From: an uncultured Candidatus Saccharibacteria bacterium
Lineage (GTDB): Bacteria; Patescibacteriota; Minisyncoccia; Phycocordibacterales; DATDWN01
Assembly (NCBI GenBank): GCA_964576615.1
Contig: CAZNUU010000001.1
Coordinates: forward strand, 164,226-228,225
Direction: 5' to 3'
Length of the DNA: 64,000 nt
Shown: positions 54,405-63,775 of the stretch, one piece after another
Position numbering within the stretch: position 1 is the stretch's first letter
Layout of the letters: every line of letters begins with the position of its first letter
Translations under genes and position numbers: made by a program
Notes under the pieces: model-generated
Seen by the model: the letters and a program-made list of their open reading frames with translations, nothing else
What the model was told of the DNA's origin: nothing
Databases searched by the model: none

Positions 54405-55571
54405 TTGGCTCTTCCCGAGGATACTGACCGAGACCAAGCCGTCTATAGAAAAATACTCATGGCAAAAGCCGTTTTAGACGAGGAAAAAGAGGAGGTAACT
54501 TCTGGGGCACAAAAGGAGGACCTCATGACTCACATTTTAAATACGAGCCTAACTCCCCCATCTGTAGATGATGTGGTGGAAGGCAAAGTAATTGGCGTAG
54601 AGAAAGCCAAGGTCTTTATCGATATCCCGCCTTTTGGAACCGGAATAATTTATGGCCGTGAATTTATAAATGCGCGTGACATAATAAAAAAAATAAATAT
54701 TGGTGATACAGTTGCGGGAAAAGTTATAGGTATTTCTAACAAAGATGGCTACATTGAAATCTCTCTTAAAGAAGCTCGCCAGGCGCTCATTTGGTCAGAG
54801 GCGGAGGACGCAATCCGAGATAAGAAAATATTTGAACTCGCTGTCCAAGAAGCAAACAAAGGTGGACTTATTTTAACTTGGCAAGGAATCACGGGATTTT
54901 TGCCAGCATCCCAGCTGAAAACAGAGCACTACCCACGCGTTGCGGATGGAGATAAGGACAGAATTTTGGAGGAATTGAAAAAACTAGTTGGTCAGAAAAT
55001 TTCAGTTGCAATAATCGGTGCATCGCCAAAGGAGGGCAAACTTATCTTCTCCGAAAAGAATCCGGAGCAGAAAAACAAAGACTATATTATTGGCAAATAC
55101 GCACTAGGCGACGAAGTCGTAGGCGAAGTTACGGGCATGGTTGATTTCGGTGTATTCGTAAAACTAGAAGAAGGACTTGAAGGTCTAGTTCACATATCTG
55201 AGATTGATTGGGCATTGGTTGAGAACCCAAAACTACTATTCCACATTGGTGAAAAAGTAAAAGTAAAAATTATAGAAATAAAAGACGGTAAGATTTCACT
55301 CTCAATTAAAGCTCTCAAGGAAAATCCTTGGAAAGACGCCGAAAAGAAATACAAAAAAGATGATGCGGTGGACGGGGTGATTATTAAATTTAACAAACAC
55401 GGCGCTCTTGCTTCGATTGAAGAAGGTATCGCTGGACTAGTTCACATCTCAGAATTTGGAAGTGATCAGATTATGCATGACAAACTGGAACTTGGTAAAA
55501 GTTACAAATTTAAAATAACTATGTTTGACGCCAAAGAGCAGAAGATGACATTAAGTTTTGTGGAAAAATAA
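54405..55571 (+). CDS. rpsA: 30S ribosomal protein S1 (four S1 domains).
   Basis: Repeated S1 OB folds (GKVIGVEKAKVFIDI, GDTVAGKVIGIS, DEVVGEVTGMVDFGVFVKL, DAVDGVIIKFNKHGALASI); terminator at 55581-55605. Confidence 0.7.
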   Translation: MALPEDTDRDQAVYRKILMAKAVLDEEKEEVTSGAQKEDLMTHILNTSLTPPSVDDVVEGKVIGVEKAKVFIDIPPFGTGIIYGREFINARDIIKKINIGDTVAGKVIGISNKDGYIEISLKEARQALIWSEAEDAIRDKKIFELAVQEANKGGLILTWQGITGFLPASQLKTEHYPRVADGDKDRILEELKKLVGQKISVAIIGASPKEGKLIFSEKNPEQKNKDYIIGKYALGDEVVGEVTGMVDFGVFVKLEEGLEGLVHISEIDWALVENPKLLFHIGEKVKVKIIEIKDGKISLSIKALKENPWKDAEKKYKKDDAVDGVIIKFNKHGALASIEEGIAGLVHISEFGSDQIMHDKLELGKSYKFKITMFDAKEQKMTLSFVEK

Positions 55572-55605
55572 AAATGAGAAGGGGCGGCATCGGCCGCCCT
55601 TTTTC

Positions 55606-55863
55606 TTATGCCTCCAGCCTACGCAGGAGACTGCCATGCACCGAAAGAGCAACTCGCCCTTCGGGCGTCCAGATCGTGACATGATAACTGCCTGCCCCCA
55701 TCTCCATCAGATGATCGAGTGCAGACTCTGCTGTCACGAAGTGACCGTCGATTCTCGTTGTCGCTGACTGAGCCACCATTCGAAAAGGAGCTGGTGACAT
55801 CGGCAAGTGACAATCTGGATCAGGTGTCATCTCTCCTGGTCTACGCGGTCCAATTGGTGCCAT
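55606..55863 (-). CDS. hypothetical protein in a GC-rich islet (uncertain).
   Basis: 85-aa ORF in a GC-rich block; overlapping alternative frames exist. Confidence 0.2.
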   Translation of the reverse strand: MAPIGPRRPGEMTPDPDCHLPMSPAPFRMVAQSATTRIDGHFVTAESALDHLMEMGAGSYHVTIWTPEGRVALSVHGSLLRRLEA

Positions 55864-55931
55864 AATCCCCCCAAATTGAATCCTAACATAAGCATTTTGA
55901 GCGCACGACTTTCATCGTGCGCTCTCGTGTC

Positions 55932-56321
55932 TTACCCGACTACATGAAGATTGTCGTGTTCGTCATCTTGCGGAGGAGCTGACCTTCCACCTCGAAGTGC
56001 ATCACCCTCAGCACGGACTCTGGCAACTCTGGCTTCAACCCTCCTCTGCTGCCGTCGGATGTGAGCAACGACGCTCGCCACCTCACCACTCAGCAGATGT
56101 GGGCTGTATGTGTAGATCGTGCTTTGCTGGGCTTGCCAGAGCTCCGCGATGGCATCGTGGTTCTCTGGGATCTTCGTCGCCAAGATCAATTTGGCCAGGA
56201 TGTTCATGGCATTCGCAGTATTTGCCTGCGGTATGACATTAGTGATTGAGAGATGGAACGGCTTGGTACCGTCATCATCCATCACATCTTTTCCTTGACC
56301 GAGAAAAACTCCGTCACTCAT
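55932..56321 (-). CDS. hypothetical protein in a GC-rich islet (uncertain).
   Basis: 129-aa ORF; an overlapping plus-frame ORF is the alternative reading. Confidence 0.25.
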   Translation of the reverse strand: MSDGVFLGQGKDVMDDDGTKPFHLSITNVIPQANTANAMNILAKLILATKIPENHDAIAELWQAQQSTIYTYSPHLLSGEVASVVAHIRRQQRRVEARVARVRAEGDALRGGRSAPPQDDEHDNLHVVG

Positions 56322-56353
56322 GACAGTCTCCTTTCCGTGATTACCCTACCACA

Positions 56354-56941
56354 TTAGTTAAACTCTGTCATCATTTTCTGCAAGCCGTCTGAGATAAAAG
56401 TCTCAAGGGCTTGATTTATTTTTTTGGATAATTTTTTGAGCATAGTCGTTTCTTCAGGTTTCCATTTACCCATTATGACCTTGGTCACAGCTTCTTCCCC
56501 ACTAGGCTTTTTTATTTTGCCGCTTTGAGTAATTGGGGAGATCCCGACACGGATACGTGTAAACTTTTCAGTCTTTAATGCTTTTATGATTGACTCCAAA
56601 CCTTTGTGACCCCCCGAAGATTTATTGAAAGAAATTTTTAGAGTACCAAATGGCAAATCCAAGTCATCGTAAATCACTACAACTTTTTCTGCTGCTTTCT
56701 GACTTTTTACCAAAGCTCCCACCGCCTTACCAGAGTTGTTCATAAAAGTATTTGGTAAAAGCAAAGTTACCTGATTTTTCCCAAGTTTCACCTTTGAAAC
56801 TGTCGCGTTTAGTTTTTTATCTTCCTTCCACTCTGCACCGAGGGACTTGCCGAACCATTCTAAGAGAATTCGGCCAGTGTTGTGCCGACTGTCCTTGTAT
56901 TCTTCCCCTGGATTTCCTAGACCGACAAATATATATGACAT
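56354..56941 (-). CDS. pth: peptidyl-tRNA hydrolase (start at MSYIFVGLGNPG).
   Basis: FVGLGNPGEEYKDSRHNTG...; upstream extended -10 TGTGGTACAAT. Confidence 0.85.
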   Translation of the reverse strand: MSYIFVGLGNPGEEYKDSRHNTGRILLEWFGKSLGAEWKEDKKLNATVSKVKLGKNQVTLLLPNTFMNNSGKAVGALVKSQKAAEKVVVIYDDLDLPFGTLKISFNKSSGGHKGLESIIKALKTEKFTRIRVGISPITQSGKIKKPSGEEAVTKVIMGKWKPEETTMLKKLSKKINQALETFISDGLQKMMTEFN

Positions 56942-57103
56942 GAAGGGATTGTACCACACTAAAAATCTCGTTGAAGCGTATCTTTTTTCGAGCATTCGCA
57001 GGCGGGTAGCCGAGACAGAACAAAAAGCCAACAGGCTTTTATGTGGTGAGAAAAAAGATAAGCTGAATAAGAGATTTTTGGAACTAAATCACGCAAATTC
57101 CCA

Positions 57104-57739
57104 TTGTGTCAAATAAGTTTCGCCTGTATACTTCTCTTCATGAATCAAGAAGAAACCCAAAATCTCTCAAATTCTTCTTCTACTTCTTCCCAAAAAAGCA
57201 CTTTTAAAGAAATCCTGAAAGAAATTTTAATTTTTGGGGCAATCGCGATCGGCATTGTCATGCCTTTTCGAATTTACATAGCAGAACCATACCTGGTTGA
57301 CGGCAGATCCATGTCGCCGACGTTTGAAACAGCTGACTATTTGATAGTAGATAAAATTAATTCTGGCATTGGAAAATTAGACAGAAATTCGGTGGTAGTT
57401 TTCAAATACCCGGACGACACATCCAAAAGTTTTATAAAAAGAATAATCGGACTACCCGGAGAAACGGTCAAAATCGAAGATAATAAGGTAACAATTGTAA
57501 ATAATGATCATCCGGAAGGATTTGGTTTGGATCAATCATATATAGTGCACAAATCCGTCGGCTCTTATGAGAAAACTTTAGATGCAGATGAATATTTCGT
57601 TATGGGTGATAATCGAGCTGAGAGTTTTGATTCAAGATCCTGGGGACCACTCCCCCAAAAAGATATTTTAGGTAAACCAATCTTACGACTTTTCCCTTTT
57701 ACCAAAATAAGTTTTATGCCGGGAGAGCTAAAAAATTAA
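57104..57739 (+). CDS. lepB: signal peptidase I.
   Basis: N-terminal TM, catalytic Ser box DGRSMSPTF, box D/E KRIIGLPGE...GDNRAESFDSR. Confidence 0.8.
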   Translation: MCQISFACILLFMNQEETQNLSNSSSTSSQKSTFKEILKEILIFGAIAIGIVMPFRIYIAEPYLVDGRSMSPTFETADYLIVDKINSGIGKLDRNSVVVFKYPDDTSKSFIKRIIGLPGETVKIEDNKVTIVNNDHPEGFGLDQSYIVHKSVGSYEKTLDADEYFVMGDNRAESFDSRSWGPLPQKDILGKPILRLFPFTKISFMPGELKN

Positions 57740-57754
57740 TTCTGACCTAAGTCC

Positions 57755-58966
57755 ATGGCTAAGAAGGAAGAGAAAAAAGAAAAAATTCATCTTGAGACCA
57801 TAACTGATAAAATTGGCGAAATCGCTGTCCATTATGGTTTTACGGTAATAAAGCCACCCCATATCACATCGGAAGATATTTCAAAGGCCAAACAATTTAA
57901 GGATTTTGATTTTTACGAAGACGCGGTAGAGAAAATTGCCATGACCAGGTGGTATATGGAAAATAGACTAGACCTCGAGATTCAACCCGTACTCTTGCAC
58001 TACAAGAAACCCCTGCCTGGAAGTAGCGTAAGGAAAAAACCTTCTGTTGAGACTTATGGTTTTGAAATCATGGGAAGTTATAAATCCACCTCCGAGGCAC
58101 TTTTAGTTAAATGCGCCATCGCGGTTTTAGAAGAAGCTGGCTATAACAATCTTTGCATCGACATAAATAGTATAGGTGACAGAGAATCGATCGGTAGATT
58201 TGAACGAGAGGTTCATTCCTATATAAGGAAAAACGGCAACAATTTACCTGCAAAAATAAAACAAGAACTTAAAAAAAATCATTATGAATTACTCTCGAAG
58301 CCTCTGGATGATGAGAAAGATTTTTTCAAAAATTTCCCTCAACCGATCTCAGCTCTTTCAGATGTAAGTAGGATACATTTTAAAGAAGTCCTAGAATGTG
58401 TTGAAGCTTTTAATGTCACATATAAGATCAAGCCAAATATTTTATCCAACAAGCTGTTCGCCGCTTATACAGTTATGGAGATACGAGACCTAAGCAAGGG
58501 CGAGGATGGTGAACTACTCGCTTATGGTTATCGCTACAATCATTTAGCCAAGAAACTCGGAGGAAAAAGAGAAATCCCAACTGTCGGCCTCACCGTAATG
58601 GTTAAAAAGAATCCTAAATTAGCTAAAAAAATTCCAGTAAAGAAGATTAAAAAACCTCATTTTTATTTGGCTCAGCTGGGAAACTTAGCCAAGATAAAAG
58701 CACTAAATATTGTTGAGATGCTTCGCAAAGAAAAAATACCGGTTGGACACTCGATTACAAAAGATAAAATAACTGGACAGCTTTCTGGAGCTGAATTTAT
58801 GAAAGCAACCCATGTTCTGGTTATGGGGCAAAAGGAAGCGATTGAGAACAGCATGATTGTGAGAAGCCTCATAAACAGAGAGCAAGAAACAGTCTCGATC
58901 GATGAACTATCTGAGTTTTTAAAGAAAATTGAAAGTGGTAAGAAGAGTTTGGTAAAAAAACGCTAG
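57755..58966 (+). CDS. histidyl-tRNA-synthetase-like protein (class II aaRS fold with anticodon-binding domain), apparently degenerate catalytic motifs.
   Basis: Motif-1-like IAVHYGFTVIKPP; ETYGFEIMGS~CDFDIIGS; motif-3-like AYGYRYNHLAKKLGG (vs GGGRYDGL); the C-terminus KKPHFYLAQLG...HVLVMGQKEAIENSMIVRSLINREQETVSIDEL resembles the HisRS/ThrRS anticodon-binding domain. Confidence 0.45.
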   Translation: MAKKEEKKEKIHLETITDKIGEIAVHYGFTVIKPPHITSEDISKAKQFKDFDFYEDAVEKIAMTRWYMENRLDLEIQPVLLHYKKPLPGSSVRKKPSVETYGFEIMGSYKSTSEALLVKCAIAVLEEAGYNNLCIDINSIGDRESIGRFEREVHSYIRKNGNNLPAKIKQELKKNHYELLSKPLDDEKDFFKNFPQPISALSDVSRIHFKEVLECVEAFNVTYKIKPNILSNKLFAAYTVMEIRDLSKGEDGELLAYGYRYNHLAKKLGGKREIPTVGLTVMVKKNPKLAKKIPVKKIKKPHFYLAQLGNLAKIKALNIVEMLRKEKIPVGHSITKDKITGQLSGAEFMKATHVLVMGQKEAIENSMIVRSLINREQETVSIDELSEFLKKIESGKKSLVKKR

Positions 58967-59180
58967 ACTAGTTTCATTTTTCAGTTTCAGAGCTTCCGCA
59001 GGCTGCAAGCAGGGTTCTGTCAACGTCCCGCTAAAGTTTTGTAATCAAAATTTAGGCGGGCTCATTGACAGATTGCAGCCGAGGACAGCTGAAAAAGCTC
59101 GCTGGAGCTTTTGAGGGTGCGATGAAATTGAAAAATGAAACTAGTTGAACAAATCCGATGATTATGTTAAGGTATTCCCC

Positions 59181-59426
59181 ATGATAAATGCAGAAGTAAC
59201 CAGAAACGGCAACGAAAATAACGTAAATCTAATAAGGAGATTCACCAAAAAGGTCCAGGCCTCGGGTGTATTGCCACGTGTAAGAGGGATCAGATATGCC
59301 TCTAGAAAAGCATCCGAATACGTAAAACAAAAGAAAACCCTAAAGACACTTAGGAAGAGAGAAGAAATTAGCGAGTTGATTCGTATGGGTAAAATGCCAG
59401 AGTTTGGTACACGAGGTAAAAAGTAA
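59181..59426 (+). CDS. rpsU: 30S ribosomal protein S21-like.
   Basis: MINAEVTRNGNENNVNLIRRFTKKVQASGVLPRVRGIRYASRKASE... follows the S21 pattern (ALRRFKR..EKAGVL.E.RRR..YEKP); preceded by a long imperfect hairpin at 59015-59095. Confidence 0.5.
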   Translation: MINAEVTRNGNENNVNLIRRFTKKVQASGVLPRVRGIRYASRKASEYVKQKKTLKTLRKREEISELIRMGKMPEFGTRGKK

Positions 59427-59809
59427 TGCCAGTTGAGTTAACGATCACAAATAAGTCAAAAAGCACGCCTCCCAGCGTGCCTTTTGCAAAGATAAAGGAC
59501 TCAATTCTAGGTAAAAAATACGAACTCTCCTTGGTGTTTGTGGTAGGAAAAGAGTCCCAAAAACTTAATAAAAAATATAGAGGAAAAAACAAACCAACAA
59601 ATGTTTTAAGCTTTGAACTCGAGAAAACTGCAGGCGAGATCTTCATTTGTTTGCCTGTTGTTAAAAAAGAAACAGTTAAATTTGGTATAGATTTCAAGAG
59701 TTTGACGACCCTCCTATTTATCCACGGATTACTTCATTTAAAAGGACTGAATCATGGTAGGATAATGGATAAGGCTGAAGAAAAATTCCAAAGGAAATTT
59801 GGAATTTAA
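59426..59809 (+). CDS. ybeY: rRNA maturation endoribonuclease YbeY.
   Basis: VLSF...GEIFIC...HGLLHLKGLNH (H-x3-H-x5-H metal site). Confidence 0.8.
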   Translation: MPVELTITNKSKSTPPSVPFAKIKDSILGKKYELSLVFVVGKESQKLNKKYRGKNKPTNVLSFELEKTAGEIFICLPVVKKETVKFGIDFKSLTTLLFIHGLLHLKGLNHGRIMDKAEEKFQRKFGI

Positions 59810-59821
59810 AACTTGTTTCGA

Positions 59822-59994
59822 CTCAAAATTTTTTAGAGCATTGCACAGGAAATTAGGAAACAACAGTGAGTCACGCCAGCCAGAGACACTGTTTGAGCGA
59901 AGCGAGTTTGGCGAGAAGCCAGTGACGAACGCTTTGTTTTCTTGATTTACGAGGATAGCAATTTGCTAGCAAGCAAAATATGCGTGCTCTCAAA
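59822..59994 (+). ncRNA. conserved structured intergenic element, copy B (paralog of 36427..36614), immediately upstream of ftsA.
   Basis: Closed by inverted repeat CTCAAAATTTTTTAGAGCA / TGCTCTCAAAAAATTTTAAGG. Shares conserved blocks with copy A. Internal hairpins GTGA-g-TCAC (A: GACG-aaag-CGTC) and TTTGCT-agca-AGCAAA (A: AATTGC-acca-GCAATT) covary. Confidence 0.5.
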
Positions 59995-60017
59995 AAATTT
60001 TAAGGATAAACCCCATT

Positions 60018-61196
60018 ATGCGTAACATTACAGCAGGAATAGATATAGGAAGCTACCAAGTCAAGGTAGTAGTGGCCGAACTCGTCAAAGAAAATGGGAA
60101 GCAAGTAACTAAGATTTTAGGAACCGGCATGACAGAGTCAAAAGGACTTCGTCATGGTTACATTATTAACAACGCAGAAGTAACTCAAAGTATTATTGCG
60201 GCTGTGAGGTTAGCCGAAAAAGCATCAGGTGTAAAAATAAACAGGGCTTATGTTTCCGTGGGAGGAATTGGTCTCTCTGGAGTAACTTCTACTGCAAGCA
60301 TTATTATTAGCAAAGCCGATCAGCAGATCACTGACCTTGATATTGAAAAGTTAACCAAGCTGGGAGAGGACAACCTGCCCATAACTCAAACTCAAAATCA
60401 CAAGATCCTACACAGTATCCCACTACAATACAAAATCGACGGGAAAGCAGTTTTAGCAAAATCCCCCATCGACATGAAAGGCACAAAGCTAGAGGTAAAA
60501 ACTCTTTTCATCACTTGCCTTGAGCCGCACTTAAATGATCTCCTGGAAGCAGTGGAGGAGGCTGGCATCGAGGTTATCGATGTTATGGCCTCACCTATTG
60601 CTGCCTCTTTTGTAACTTTAACTAAACAACAAAAGATGGCTGGTTGTGTTCTAGCAAACATTGGTGCGGAAACAATTTCCATCGTGGTGTTCGAAAACAA
60701 TATTCCGATTTCACTTGAAGTTTTCCCGATTGGTGGAGCCGATATCACCAACGACATCGCACTTGGCCTAAAAATACCGCTGGAAGAAGCTGAGAACATA
60801 AAGTTGGGAGGTTTCGGCATAAATTCTGTGCCAAGAAAAAAACTAGAAGAAATTATTTCTGCGAGATTGGCCGACATGTTCGAACTTATTGATAATCATC
60901 TTAAAAAAATAGGACGTAACGGACTACTGCCAGCCGGAATTTTCATAACTGGAGGCGGAGGTGGTATCGGTTCAATCGAAGACTTTGCAAAAATCTCACT
61001 TAAACTTCCTTCTCGCATTGCCGGGATAACACAACCTGAACAAAAGAGCACAATAAAAGATTCTACTTGGGCAGTTGCTTACGGACTTTGTATGCTGGGA
61101 CTGTCAAAAGAGGATAAAAATAATTTAGGCATAAAAGGAAATTTAGGAAAAGGAGGCCGAAAACTTTTAGGTTGGTTTCAACAATTTTTGCCATAA
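60018..61196 (+). CDS. ftsA: cell division protein FtsA.
   Basis: Actin-fold GIDIGSYQVKVVVAE, SVGGIGL, GGADITNDIA and FITGGGG. Confidence 0.9.
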   Translation: MRNITAGIDIGSYQVKVVVAELVKENGKQVTKILGTGMTESKGLRHGYIINNAEVTQSIIAAVRLAEKASGVKINRAYVSVGGIGLSGVTSTASIIISKADQQITDLDIEKLTKLGEDNLPITQTQNHKILHSIPLQYKIDGKAVLAKSPIDMKGTKLEVKTLFITCLEPHLNDLLEAVEEAGIEVIDVMASPIAASFVTLTKQQKMAGCVLANIGAETISIVVFENNIPISLEVFPIGGADITNDIALGLKIPLEEAENIKLGGFGINSVPRKKLEEIISARLADMFELIDNHLKKIGRNGLLPAGIFITGGGGGIGSIEDFAKISLKLPSRIAGITQPEQKSTIKDSTWAVAYGLCMLGLSKEDKNNLGIKGNLGKGGRKLLGWFQQFLP

Positions 61197-61365
61197 GAGC
61201 CCCGTGAGATAAGTTAATTTCTCCATAAATTCTCATTTTTTTGTCCCAAAATAGCCTAAAAATGGCTTAAATTATGGACATAAATATCTCACGGGGTCAA
61301 TTGCTTTTATAGGGGTTCTTTATGCTATAGTACTCACAACTAACAGACCAAAATAATAAATTTAT

Positions 61366-62499
61366 ATGCCCCAAGTTAAACCAGATATCGAAAGTTTTGC
61401 CCGAATAAAAGTGCTGGGAATCGGTGGTTCCGGGAAAAATGCCATAAACCACATGATTAATTCCAGGGTTAAAGGCGTAGATTTCGTGGCTATAAACACA
61501 GACTCGCAGGATCTCCATCAAGTTCAAGCCAAACAAAAAATTCATATCGGAAAAAATTTAACCCGAGGACTTGGGGCAGGCATGAACCCAGAACTTGGCA
61601 AAAGAGCAGTTGAAGAAACAAAAGAAGAAGTGCAAGAAGCCGTAAAAGGCGCAGACATGGTTTTCGTAACTTACGGTTTAGGCGGAGGCACAGGCACTGG
61701 CGCAGGCCCGATCGTAGCAAGAGTTGCAAAAGAAATGGGCGCATTAACAGTTGCAGTGGTAACTAAACCATTTTTCTTTGAGGGACAACAGAGAATGAAA
61801 TTGGCCGATGTTGGTCTCGAGGAACTAAGGCAAGCAGTCGACGCAACCATAGTTATTCCAAACGACAGACTTCTTTCAAGTATCACCAAAGAAACTTCCG
61901 CCAAACACGCTTTTGCAATGTGTGACGACGTCTTGAAGTCTGCAGTGGAAGGAATTTCAGATCTCATAACTACTCCTGGAATAATCAACATCGACTTTGC
62001 AGATATTAAAGCAATCATGGCTGACGCTGGTTCTGCACTTATGGGAATTGGCACCGCAACCGGAGAAAAGAGAGCCGAGGAAGCCGCAAAAATGGCAATC
62101 AACTCCCCTCTTCTAGAAGTCTCTATAAACGGCGCAAAAGGTGTCCTATTTTCAATCGCTGGTGGAGAAGATCTTGGCATGTTTGAGATTCAAGACGCTG
62201 CAAAAATTATTACAGAATCAGTCGATCCTAACGCAAAAATTATATTTGGTACCGTAAAAGACGAGAAGCTAAAGAAGGGTGAAGTTAAAATCACAGTTAT
62301 TGCATCAAACTTCCCAGATAACTTCAACAAGAAAACTCTTTTCCAGGCTGCTGCAGCAGTACAACCACCAAAAGAAGCTCAGGAAAAAGGTAAAATCTAT
62401 AATTCAGTTCCATCTCCTACAGCTGATACCAAACTGGAAGAAGAAGACGACGAATGGGGTGCCGTTCCAGCTTTTCTACGCAGATCTAAGCTAAAGTAA
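61366..62499 (+). CDS. ftsZ: cell division GTPase FtsZ.
   Basis: GIGGSGKNA, tubulin signature GGGTGTGAGP, NTDSQDL. Confidence 0.95.
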   Translation: MPQVKPDIESFARIKVLGIGGSGKNAINHMINSRVKGVDFVAINTDSQDLHQVQAKQKIHIGKNLTRGLGAGMNPELGKRAVEETKEEVQEAVKGADMVFVTYGLGGGTGTGAGPIVARVAKEMGALTVAVVTKPFFFEGQQRMKLADVGLEELRQAVDATIVIPNDRLLSSITKETSAKHAFAMCDDVLKSAVEGISDLITTPGIINIDFADIKAIMADAGSALMGIGTATGEKRAEEAAKMAINSPLLEVSINGAKGVLFSIAGGEDLGMFEIQDAAKIITESVDPNAKIIFGTVKDEKLKKGEVKITVIASNFPDNFNKKTLFQAAAAVQPPKEAQEKGKIYNSVPSPTADTKLEEEDDEWGAVPAFLRRSKLK

Positions 62500-62531
62500 G
62501 AGAAAGCCGCGTGGGTACGCGGCATTGAGGG

Positions 62532-62657
62532 AGTGCTCAGACGGTAACAGGTCTGGGTCGGTTTTTGACCAGTTAGGTAAGGACACTTCGTGAAGCAGCT
62601 GGTTCAAGGCTGAGTCGAGACAGCTGGCAGACATGTCATTGCAGGTTCTGAGCACTC
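62532..62657 (+). other. structured element downstream of ftsZ bounded by a 10-bp inverted repeat.
   Basis: GAGTGCTCAG (62532-41) ... CTGAGCACTC (62648-57) enclosing CAGCTG...CAGCTG; downstream hairpin CTTGTCAAG-aaaggtgc-CTTGACAAG. Confidence 0.3.
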
Positions 62658-62851
62658 TAGATAAATTATAGCATATTTTATATATAACGCTCACCAAATA
62701 ATTTTTCAGACCGTTCACTTTTCCAGCGAAAAGTTCACTTAGTCCTCGGCATCTACTTGTCAAGAAAGGTGCCTTGACAAGACCATGCTAGAAGCCTGCG
62801 GAGTCTGAAAAATTATTTGGTTCGCTGGAGAATTGCTGTATACTAAATCTT

Positions 62852-63775
62852 ATGCTTTACGATTTAATAATCATCGGCGCGGGGCCTGCAGGAGTTTCGG
62901 CGGGGGTGTACGCTGCAAGAAAAAAACTAAAAACTCTGCTTATTGCCCCAGAATTTGGCGGTCAGTCCATCGTTTCTGAAGGTATCGAAAACTGGATAGG
63001 CACAGTAAAAATCCCTGGTGCAGAACTTGCCCACAATCTAAAAAATCATCTAGCTGCCTATGCAGCGGATTCGGTAAAAATAAACGAAATGGAATGGGTG
63101 CAGGATATACAAAAATCTGCTGATAATTTCAAAGTAATAACAGACAAAGGTGAGTACGAAGCTAAAACCGTCCTCATTGCCACCGGAAGCACTAGACGAA
63201 AGCTTGATGTTCCAGGAGCAGCAGAGTTCGATAATAAAGGCCTGACCTATTGCGCTTCCTGCGACGGTCCCTTGTTTGCCGGTCAGGATGTAGTAGTGGT
63301 TGGTGGTGGTAATGCTGCATTTGAGACAGCCGCCCAGCTTCTCGCCTATTGTAAATCAGTGACACTTCTGAATCGAACGGAGAATTTGAAAGCGGACGAG
63401 ATTACTGTAACCAAGCTCAAGAAAAATCCTCATTTTCAAATAATTCTTAACTCTGTTCCAAAAGAAGTTAAGGGTGATCAATTTGTAAAAAGTATTGTGT
63501 ATGAAAATGCTGTAACAAAAGAAAGACATGAACTACTAACAGCTGGAATTTTTGTAGAGATTGGTCTTCTCCCAACAACCGATTTTGCAAAAAATATTCT
63601 AGAGTTAAATAAAATCGGCCAGATACCGACAGATCCGAGAACTCAACAGACTGCCGTGGAGGGAATCTGGGCTGCCGGAGACTGCACGGATGGACTTTAC
63701 CACCAAAACAATATTGCTTCCGGTGATGGGGTGAGGGCATTAGAAGATATCTACATGACGCTTCATACAAAATAA
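62852..63775 (+). CDS. trxB: thioredoxin-disulfide reductase-like FAD/NAD(P) oxidoreductase.
   Basis: FAD site IIIGAGPAGVSAG, redox CASCDG, NAD(P) site VVVVGGGNAAFE, and AAGDC. Confidence 0.8.
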   Translation: MLYDLIIIGAGPAGVSAGVYAARKKLKTLLIAPEFGGQSIVSEGIENWIGTVKIPGAELAHNLKNHLAAYAADSVKINEMEWVQDIQKSADNFKVITDKGEYEAKTVLIATGSTRRKLDVPGAAEFDNKGLTYCASCDGPLFAGQDVVVVGGGNAAFETAAQLLAYCKSVTLLNRTENLKADEITVTKLKKNPHFQIILNSVPKEVKGDQFVKSIVYENAVTKERHELLTAGIFVEIGLLPTTDFAKNILELNKIGQIPTDPRTQQTAVEGIWAAGDCTDGLYHQNNIASGDGVRALEDIYMTLHTK

